Assembly (NCBI GenBank): GCA_035574235.1
Contig: DATLZA010000102.1
Coordinates: forward strand, 27,219 to 91,218
DNA from: Planctomycetota bacterium
GTDB taxonomy: Bacteria; Planctomycetota; MHYJ01; JACPRB01
DNA: 64,000 nt
Direction of reading: 5' to 3'
The notes beneath the pieces were generated by a model, which worked only from the letters and a program-made list of their open reading frames with translations, was not told where the DNA came from and made no database searches. The position numbers and the translations under genes were made by a program. Numbering within the stretch: position 1 is the stretch's first letter; each line of letters opens with the position of its first letter. Below are positions 35,753-42,802 of this stretch, one piece after another.

Positions 35753-35826
35753 TACCACAGCCGCCGCCGGTTCGGGCGGCTCGGCGACGGGCGGGGAGGG
35801 GTAGGTCCTCACGCCCCGGGAGAACG

Positions 35827-35895
35827 ATGAGCATTCGGTCACGATCGGCGCCCCGTTCGAACGGGGCTTTTTTTGTAGCTGAGGAAGAACGATGA
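35827..35895 (+). CDS. candidate leader peptide uORF (22 codons) overlapping the korA start (ATGA) and spanning the terminator hairpin
   Basis: GGGAGA Shine-Dalgarno 5 nt upstream; encodes MSIRSRSAPRSNGAFFVAEEER. Confidence 0.3.
   Translation: MSIRSRSAPRSNGAFFVAEEER
35850..35874 (+). terminator. intrinsic terminator/attenuator hairpin (GCCCCGT-tcga-ACGGGGC) followed by T7, 18 nt upstream of korA
   Basis: ggcGCCCCGTTCGAACGGGGCtttttttgtag. Confidence 0.55.
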
Positions 35896-37769
35896 CGCCC
35901 CCCACTGCTGCGGACGTATCGGCCCCGCCCCGGCGGCAGGTCCTCGAAAAGGTCACCATTCGCTTCGCCGGCGACTCCGGCGACGGCATGCAGCTCATCG
36001 GCGGCCACTTCACCAACACGACGGCCGTTCTGGGCAACGACCTGGCGACCTTCCCGGACTTCCCGGCCGAGATTCGGGCCCCGGCGGGATCGCTCCCGGG
36101 CGTTTCCGGCTTCCAGATCCAGTTCGCCGCCAGCGACATTCATACCCCGGGAGACCGGCCGGACGTCCTGGTGGCGTTCAACCCCGCCGCCCTCAAGGTG
36201 AACCTCCCCGACATGGCCCCCAATTCGGTCATCATCGTCAATACCGACGCCTTCACGGAGGTCGAGCTCAAGAAGGCGGGCTACAAGACCAATCCTCTCG
36301 AGGACGGATCGCTCTCCAAATACCAGGTCTTCAAGGTTCCCATCACGGATCTCACGATCAAGGCGCTCAACTCCATCAAGTTCGCCGAGAAGGATCACCA
36401 GAAGAAGGAGCGCAACAAGAACTTCTTCGCGCTCGGGATGCTGTACTGGCTTTATAACCGCCCTCTCGAGACGACCTTCAAGGCCATCGAGCGCGAGCTG
36501 GCCAAGAAGGCGGAAGGGGCGCAGCTCGTCGCCGCCGCGCAGACGGCGCTGAAGGCCGGGCACGCCTACGCGGAGGCCACGGAGCTCTTCCGTTCCCAGT
36601 ACGTCGTCCCTCCGGCCCGCTACCAGCCCGGCACGTACCGCAACATCAACGGCAATACCGCTCTGGCGATCGGACTGGTGACGGCGTCGCGGCTGGCGGG
36701 GATTCCCCTCTTCTACGGGAGCTATCCGATCACGCCGGCCAGCTCGGTCCTCGAGGAGCTGTCGCGCCACAAGAATTTCGGGGTGCGGACGTTCCAGGCG
36801 GAGGACGAGATCGCGGCGGTGACCGCGGCGATCGGGGCCTCCTACGCCGGAGCCCTCGGCGTGACCGGCACCAGCGGCCCCGGGGTGGCCCTCAAGAGCG
36901 AGGCGATCAACCTGGCCGTGATGGTGGAGCTTCCGCTGATCATCTGCGACATTCAGCGCGGCGGGCCGTCCACGGGATTGCCGACGAAAACCGAGCAGGC
37001 GGATCTCCTGCAGGCTCTCTTCGGGCGGAACTCGGAATCGCCCGTGGCGGTCGTGGCCCCGGCGACGCCCGCGGAATGCTTCGACCTGGCGATCTTCGCC
37101 GCCCGCATCGCCATCAAGTACATGTGCCCCGTGTTCGTGCTCTCGGACGGCTACCTCGCCAACGGCGCCGAGCCCTGGAGGATCCCCGATCCCGAGCAGC
37201 TCCCCAGGATCGAGGTCCGCTTCCGGAAGGACCCCGACGGCTTCGCCCCGTACCTCCGGGACGAGGTGACGCTCGCCCGCGAGTGGGCCATTCCGGGCAC
37301 CCCCGGCCTGGAGCATCGGATCGGCGGCATCGAGAAGAGTCACATCTGGGGCAACGTCAATTACGATCCCGAAAACCACGATTTCATGTGCCGGGTGCGC
37401 GCGGCGAAAATCCAGCGCATCGTCCAGGATGTTCCCGACGTGAAGGTCCACGGACCCGAGGACGCGACCACGCTTGTCATCGGCTGGGGGTCCACGTACG
37501 GGGCCATCCGCGCGGCGGTGGAGGAGTGCCAGCAGCGGGGGCTCAAGGTGGCGCGCGCCCACCTGAGGCACCTGAATCCGTTCCCGGCCAATCTGGGCAA
37601 GGTGCTTTCCCGCTTCCGCAAGATTCTGGTGCCCGAGATGAACCTCGGCCAGCTTCTGTTCCTCCTGCGCGCGAAGTTCCTGGTGGACGCCAAGGGCATC
37701 AACAAGGTGCAGGGAAAGCCCTTCCGCGTCGCCGAGCTGATCGAGGTGATCGAAAAGGAATGCCGATAG
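35892..37769 (+). CDS. korA: 2-oxoglutarate:ferredoxin oxidoreductase subunit alpha (fused gamma/alpha, KorA)
   Basis: 625 aa; pyruvate/2-oxoacid:ferredoxin oxidoreductase domains III and I (GDSGDGMQ..., GSYPITPASS, TGTSGPGVALK). Confidence 0.85.
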   Translation: MTPPTAADVSAPPRRQVLEKVTIRFAGDSGDGMQLIGGHFTNTTAVLGNDLATFPDFPAEIRAPAGSLPGVSGFQIQFAASDIHTPGDRPDVLVAFNPAALKVNLPDMAPNSVIIVNTDAFTEVELKKAGYKTNPLEDGSLSKYQVFKVPITDLTIKALNSIKFAEKDHQKKERNKNFFALGMLYWLYNRPLETTFKAIERELAKKAEGAQLVAAAQTALKAGHAYAEATELFRSQYVVPPARYQPGTYRNINGNTALAIGLVTASRLAGIPLFYGSYPITPASSVLEELSRHKNFGVRTFQAEDEIAAVTAAIGASYAGALGVTGTSGPGVALKSEAINLAVMVELPLIICDIQRGGPSTGLPTKTEQADLLQALFGRNSESPVAVVAPATPAECFDLAIFAARIAIKYMCPVFVLSDGYLANGAEPWRIPDPEQLPRIEVRFRKDPDGFAPYLRDEVTLAREWAIPGTPGLEHRIGGIEKSHIWGNVNYDPENHDFMCRVRAAKIQRIVQDVPDVKVHGPEDATTLVIGWGSTYGAIRAAVEECQQRGLKVARAHLRHLNPFPANLGKVLSRFRKILVPEMNLGQLLFLLRAKFLVDAKGINKVQGKPFRVAELIEVIEKECR

Positions 37770-37796
37770 ATTCCCGACCCGGGAGGTGAATGAACC

Positions 37797-38834
37797 ATGG
37801 TCGCCCCCACGCAGCCCCAGACCGCGCCCCAGGCGCCCAAGTACACCAAGAAGGACTTCCAGACCGATCAGGAGGTGCGCTGGTGTCCCGGGTGCGGGGA
37901 CTACGCCATTCTCAACGCCGCCCAGCAGGTCTTCGCCCAGCTGGGACTGCCCCGCCACAACCTGGTGATGGTTTCGGGGATCGGCTGCTCCAGCCGCTTC
38001 CCGTACTACGTGAACACCTACGGATTCCATACCATCCACGGGCGCGCCCCCGCCGTGGCCACGGGCATCAAGCTGGCCAACCCCAACCTCCAGGTCTGGG
38101 TGATCACCGGCGACGGGGACGGCCTTTCGATCGGCGGCAACCACCTCATCCACGCCCTGCGCCGCAACGTCGACCTCAAGATCCTGCTCTTCAACAACCG
38201 CATCTACGGGTTGACCAAGGGGCAGTACTCCCCCACGAGCGAGCTGGGCAAGCTCAATAAGTCCGCCCCCTACGGGACCGTGGATCAGCCGATCAATCCG
38301 ATCTCGCTCGCCCTGGCCGCCGAGGCCACCTTCGTCGCGCGCTCGGTGGACGTGTACGCCAAGCACCTGATGGAAATGATCCGGCGGATGGCCGAGCACA
38401 GGGGATCGGCCTTCCTGGAGATCTACCAGAATTGCAATGTCTTCAACGACCGCGCCTTCGAGAAGTTCACCGAGAGGGACGTCCGGGACGACTGGAACGT
38501 GGTCCTGGAGCACGGCAAACCCCTTATTTTCGGAAAGAACCGCGACCGGGGGATCCGCCTCAACGGTTTGAAGCTGGAGGTCGTCAAGCTCGGCGAGAAC
38601 GGAGTCACCGAAAAGGACCTCATCGTCCACGACGAGCACAATCCGCCGCTGGCGTACCTTTTGTCCCGCATGAACTTCCCGCAGTTCCCGGAGCCCGTCG
38701 GCGTCTTCCGCAGCGACCGCCTGCCGACGCTCGAGGAGCGCGTCGAGAACCAGATCGCGGAGGTGAAGAAGAAGCAGGGCGAAGGGGACCTGCGGAAGCT
38801 GCTTTTCTCCGGCGACCTGTGGGAAGTGAAGTAG
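37797..38834 (+). CDS. korB: 2-oxoglutarate:ferredoxin oxidoreductase subunit beta (TPP-binding, KorB)
   Basis: WCPGCGDY, GIGCSSRFP and the TPP-binding GDGDG...N motif. Confidence 0.85.
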   Translation: MVAPTQPQTAPQAPKYTKKDFQTDQEVRWCPGCGDYAILNAAQQVFAQLGLPRHNLVMVSGIGCSSRFPYYVNTYGFHTIHGRAPAVATGIKLANPNLQVWVITGDGDGLSIGGNHLIHALRRNVDLKILLFNNRIYGLTKGQYSPTSELGKLNKSAPYGTVDQPINPISLALAAEATFVARSVDVYAKHLMEMIRRMAEHRGSAFLEIYQNCNVFNDRAFEKFTERDVRDDWNVVLEHGKPLIFGKNRDRGIRLNGLKLEVVKLGENGVTEKDLIVHDEHNPPLAYLLSRMNFPQFPEPVGVFRSDRLPTLEERVENQIAEVKKKQGEGDLRKLLFSGDLWEVK

Positions 38835-38847
38835 CCGGCGGCCCGGA

Positions 38848-38875
38848 TTGACAGCGCGCGCCGGGCCCCTATAAT
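38848..38875 (+). promoter_or_regulatory. perfect consensus sigma70 promoter TTGACA-N16-TATAAT; folE ATG 8 nt downstream of the -10 (leaderless)
   Basis: gaTTGACAgcgcgcgccgggccccTATAATcagggcgcATG. Confidence 0.55.
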
Positions 38876-38883
38876 CAGGGCGC

Positions 38884-39474
38884 ATGTCCGACAAGGCCGC
38901 CTTGGTCCGCCCCGAGCTCCGGGAACACGTGGCGGAGATCCTCCGCCTGCTCGGAGAGGATCCTTCCCGCGAGGGACTGGTTCGGACTCCGCTCCGGGTG
39001 GAAAAAGCGCTGCGCTACCTCACCCGCGGGTACGGCCAGGATCCCACCGAGACGCTCCGCGGAGCGGTCTTCGAGGCCAGCGACTACGACGAGATGGTGA
39101 TCGTCAAGGACATCGACGTCTTCTCGCTGTGCGAACACCATCTGCTGCCTTTCTTCGGGAAGTGCCACGTGGCGTACCTGCCGGAGCGCAAGATCGTGGG
39201 ACTTTCGAAGATCCCCCGCGTCGTGGAGGTCTACGCCCGTCGGCTTCAGATTCAGGAGCGCCTCACCACGGAGATCGCCCGCGTCATCGAGGACGCCCTG
39301 CAGCCCAAGGGGGTCGGCGTCGTCATCGAAGCGTTCCACCTGTGCGTGATGATGCGCGGCGTGGAAAAGCAGAACGCCCACATGATCACCAGCTCCATGC
39401 GCGGCCGCTTCCGCACGGACCCCAAGACCCGCGAGGAATTTCTGGATCTGATCCGTCGGTCCAAACCGCTATAA
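38884..39474 (+). CDS. folE: GTP cyclohydrolase I
   Basis: [30 protein letters not shown] motifs. Confidence 0.9.
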   Translation: MSDKAALVRPELREHVAEILRLLGEDPSREGLVRTPLRVEKALRYLTRGYGQDPTETLRGAVFEASDYDEMVIVKDIDVFSLCEHHLLPFFGKCHVAYLPERKIVGLSKIPRVVEVYARRLQIQERLTTEIARVIEDALQPKGVGVVIEAFHLCVMMRGVEKQNAHMITSSMRGRFRTDPKTREEFLDLIRRSKPL

Positions 39475-39485
39475 AGGAGGGTTTC

Positions 39486-40067
39486 ATGGCGACGCTCGTC
39501 GGCAAGAAGGCCCCGGCCTTCAAGACCCAGGCGTTCGTGCGCGGCGAGATCAAGGAGATCTCGCTCGACGATGCCAAGGGAAAGTGGACGGTCCTGTTCT
39601 TCTACCCGCTGGACTTCACCTTCGTCTGACCCACGGAAATCATGGCGTTCTCCGACAGGTTGTCGGAATTCCAGCAGCGCGGCGCCGAAGTGATCGCCGT
39701 GTCCACCGATTCCGTGTACTCCCACAAGGCGTGGGCCGAGGTGCCCCGCACCAAGGGCGGCATCCAGGGCGTTCAGATCCCCATCGCCGCGGATCTCACC
39801 AAGATGATTTCGCGGGACTACGGAGTTCTCGACGAGGCCAAGGGCATCGCCCTCCGGGGGACGTTCATCATCAACCCCGAGGGGACCGTGGTTTCCGAGA
39901 CCGTCAACTTCTTCCCCGTGGGACGCAACGTGGACGAGTGCCTGCGCACCATCGACGCGTTCCAGGAGGCCGCCAAGGGCGTCGTCTGCCCGGTGGGCTG
40001 GACCAAAGGGAAGGAGGCCATCAACCCGAAGGAAGCCTCCAAGTACTTCGAAAAGCTCAAGACGTAG
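39486..40067 (+). CDS. typical 2-Cys peroxiredoxin (AhpC/Prx1) with in-frame TGA at the peroxidatic position: candidate selenocysteine peroxiredoxin
   Basis: Single frame 39486..40067. ...[15 protein letters not shown]-[TGA 39627-39629][14 protein letters not shown] matches [19 protein letters not shown]. The resolving Cys is retained (VCPVGW). The ORF track splits this into 39129..39629 and 39642..40067. Confidence 0.65.
39651..39667 (+). promoter_or_regulatory. candidate bacterial SECIS hairpin (7-bp stem TCCGACA/TGTCGGA, GGU apical loop) 22 nt downstream of the in-frame UGA
   Basis: tgaCCCACGGAAATCATGGCGTTCtccgacaGGTtgtcgga. Confidence 0.35.
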
Positions 40068-40146
40068 CGGTCCTGCGACCGCCCCGGGTCTCCGCCGCCC
40101 GCGATCGCGTCGGAGCGGCGCGGGGCCCGGGGCCCGGGAGCGGCCG

Positions 40147-40971
40147 GTGAAGATCGATCTGCATACCCATACGACCCGCTCGGACGGCAATACGCCGCCG
40201 CGCGAACTGGTGCGGCTGGCGCGCGAGGCGGGAATCGGCGTCCTGGCCGTGACCGACCATGATACGGCGGAGGCGATCGAGGAATGCCTGGACGAGGGCG
40301 CCCGCCGCGGCGTCCGCGTCCTTCCCGGGATCGAGCTGTCCAGCCGGTTCGAAGGAAAGGACGTCCATGTGCTCGGCTACGGGTTCGACCCGGCGGCGCC
40401 GGCTCTGCGGGAGCGGCTGGAGGATCTTCACCGCCGACGCCGGGAACGGGTGACCCGGATCTGCGCGCGGCTGGCCGAGCTGGGGGTGGCTCTGGAGCCT
40501 CAGGAGGTTCTCCGCGAAGCGGGCGGAAAATCGGTGGGCCGCCGCCACGTGGCCCGCGCGCTGGTCCGCAAAGGCGCGGTGGGTTCCCTGGAGGAGGCGT
40601 TCGGGCGCTACCTCGGAGCCGATTCCCCGGCTTACGTTCCCGCCCACGAAATGACCCCCCGGGAGGCGCGCGACCTCGTCCACGCCCACGGGGGGCTGGC
40701 CGTCCTGGCCCACCCCGGGTTCCTCGAGGACGACGCCCTGGTCGAGCGCCTCCTGGACGAGGCGCGGTTCGACGGGATCGAGGTCTTTCATCGCTATGAT
40801 TCCGCCACGCGGCACCGGACCTACCTGGAGATGGCCCATCGGCGCAATCTTCTGGTGACCGGCGGCTCCGACTTCCACGGGGACCGGCATCCGCGCAACG
40901 CCGCGCTGGGGGAGATGACCTGTCCCCGCGAGCACTGGAAAGCCTTTGAAAAGCGGCTCCGGGCGCAGTAG
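40147..40971 (+). CDS. PHP-domain metal-dependent phosphoesterase (TrpH/YciV-like)
   Basis: GTG start; IDLHTHTTRSDG, AVTDHD, SDFHG motifs. Confidence 0.75.
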   Translation: MKIDLHTHTTRSDGNTPPRELVRLAREAGIGVLAVTDHDTAEAIEECLDEGARRGVRVLPGIELSSRFEGKDVHVLGYGFDPAAPALRERLEDLHRRRRERVTRICARLAELGVALEPQEVLREAGGKSVGRRHVARALVRKGAVGSLEEAFGRYLGADSPAYVPAHEMTPREARDLVHAHGGLAVLAHPGFLEDDALVERLLDEARFDGIEVFHRYDSATRHRTYLEMAHRRNLLVTGGSDFHGDRHPRNAALGEMTCPREHWKAFEKRLRAQ

Positions 40972-40989
40972 ACTTCTTCGGACACGCCC

Positions 40990-42795
40990 ATGACCCTCGA
41001 CCAGGACAACGACCCACTTGTCGGGAGCAAGATCGGATCGTTCCGCGTGGAGAAACGCCTGGCCGCCGGCGGCATGGGCGTCGTTTATCGGGCCCGGCAC
41101 GTCTCCCAGGATCAGGAAGTGGCCATCAAGCTTCTGGCCCCTTCGCTCGCCCAGGATCAAGAGTACGTCACCCGCTTCTTTCGGGAGGCCGGCGCCGCCG
41201 GCCAGATCGACCATCCCAACGTCGTGCGCGTCATCGACGTGGGGCGCCACGAGGACAAATACTACCTCGTCATGGAGTACGTCGAGGGGGAGACCCTCGA
41301 TCGGATCCTGGACCGGGAGCGCCGCCTGTCCCTCGAACGCGCGACCCGGCTCATCCGGGATGTGGCCGCGGGCCTGGCCGCGGCCCATCGGGCCGGAATC
41401 ATCCACCGGGACGTCAAGCCCGGCAACATCATCGTCTCCCGGGACGGGAAACCCCATCTCACCGACTTCGGCCTGGCCCGCCATACGGAGACGCGCAAGG
41501 GGCTGACGATCGAGGGGACGTTCCTGGGCACGCCGGAATACGCTTCTCCCGAGCAGGTCGAGGGTCGCCGCCTGGACCACCGGACGGACCTCTACTCCCT
41601 GGGCGTGACCTACTTCCAGCTTCTCTCCGGCACGCTCCCCTTCCTGGGGGAATCCCCCATGGAGATCGCCATCAAGCGCACCAAGGAGGAGCCGCGGCCC
41701 CTGGAGCACGCCTTCCCGGCGGCCGACCCGCGCGCCTGCGCGATCGTGCGCAAGCTTCTCCAGATGGAACCGTCCCAGCGGTACGCGAGCGCCACGGACC
41801 TCATCCGCGACCTCGACGCGATTCTCTTCGGCCAGAAACCCGAAGTCGCCCAGAAACCCGCGACCACGCGCGCCACGAAAACCCCTTCGATCACCGTGGC
41901 CGCCAAGCGCCGTCTCCGCGCCCTGACCCATTGGGGGCTCCTGTCCCTGGGAATCCTGTCGGCCTTCCTTTCCGGCGGCCTGGCCGCGCGGGGCGGCACG
42001 TTCCTGGAAACCTGGCCGGCCCGGGACGGCGACCTCGGACTGCGCATCCTTCTTCTCGTCTGCGCCCTCCTGGCCGGAGGCGGCGCGGCGTTCATCTACC
42101 GGCGCGAGTTCGCTTCGACGGGACGCATGGCCTCGCTGGCTTCGCTGGTCGCCCTGATGCTCCTGGGATCCCTGGCCGCCGGGACCCTGATCGACCGCGA
42201 TTCGGGGCAGGGCGCCGTGGCGACGCTCGGCCACACGCTGGCCGCTCTCGGAACGTCGATCGGGGCGCCCGCCAACCGCCTCGCCTTCGGGCTGCTTTTC
42301 CTTTTCGCCGCCGCCGTCGTCTCGTTCGAGCACCTGCCGGGAGCGTCCCGCGTGCTGCTCTCCCGGGTGCTCATGGTCGTGGGATACCTCCTCATCTACT
42401 CCTTCGGGACGCCCCAAGGACTGGACGGCCCCTTCCGCCAGTTCATGATCCACGCGGAATTGTCGGTGCCCCTGGCCACGGCCACGGCGCTGGCCTGCGT
42501 TTTCGGGACGTGGCTCCTGACGGGCTGGAATTTCGAGGGCGGATGGAAGGTCTTCGGCGCCGCCCTGGCCCTGGCCGGGGCGGCGGGACTTTTCGCCTTC
42601 GGAGCGCTGGTGGCCCAGCCGCTGCGTCCGGAAGGATGGCTCGCCCTCCTCGGGGAACGGTTCGATGACTTCGGGCGCGCTTTCGCCAAGCAGGGGACGG
42701 CGCTCGCCGTCGTCCTGGCCGTGGGTGTGATCGAACAATCCGTCGTGGGCGCCGGAATGCGCCGCATGGACCGGTTCTACCGCAAGAAGTTCTGA
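40990..42795 (+). CDS. serine/threonine protein kinase with C-terminal polytopic membrane domain
   Basis: GGMGVVY...AIK, HRDVKPGNI, DFGLAR, TPEYASPE Hanks-type motifs; about 300 aa of C-terminal TM helices. Confidence 0.85.
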   Translation: MTLDQDNDPLVGSKIGSFRVEKRLAAGGMGVVYRARHVSQDQEVAIKLLAPSLAQDQEYVTRFFREAGAAGQIDHPNVVRVIDVGRHEDKYYLVMEYVEGETLDRILDRERRLSLERATRLIRDVAAGLAAAHRAGIIHRDVKPGNIIVSRDGKPHLTDFGLARHTETRKGLTIEGTFLGTPEYASPEQVEGRRLDHRTDLYSLGVTYFQLLSGTLPFLGESPMEIAIKRTKEEPRPLEHAFPAADPRACAIVRKLLQMEPSQRYASATDLIRDLDAILFGQKPEVAQKPATTRATKTPSITVAAKRRLRALTHWGLLSLGILSAFLSGGLAARGGTFLETWPARDGDLGLRILLLVCALLAGGGAAFIYRREFASTGRMASLASLVALMLLGSLAAGTLIDRDSGQGAVATLGHTLAALGTSIGAPANRLAFGLLFLFAAAVVSFEHLPGASRVLLSRVLMVVGYLLIYSFGTPQGLDGPFRQFMIHAELSVPLATATALACVFGTWLLTGWNFEGGWKVFGAALALAGAAGLFAFGALVAQPLRPEGWLALLGERFDDFGRAFAKQGTALAVVLAVGVIEQSVVGAGMRRMDRFYRKKF

Positions 42796-42802
42796 TCGCC
42801 GT

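Noticed and set aside
35853-35868. GGTTCGAA-like and GTTCGAACGGGG strings checked as possible tRNA T-arms (also 35770 ggttcgggcgg)
   Set aside because: No cloverleaf or acceptor-stem pairing around them. The 35850-35874 element is a terminator hairpin with a T-tract.
39129-40067. Two separate ORFs (39129..39629 and 39642..40067) as given in the ORF track
   Set aside because: They are one peroxiredoxin frame interrupted only by TGA at the peroxidatic Cys codon. The 39129 start adds Arg-rich junk upstream of the real ATG 39486. They are reported as a single Sec-candidate CDS.
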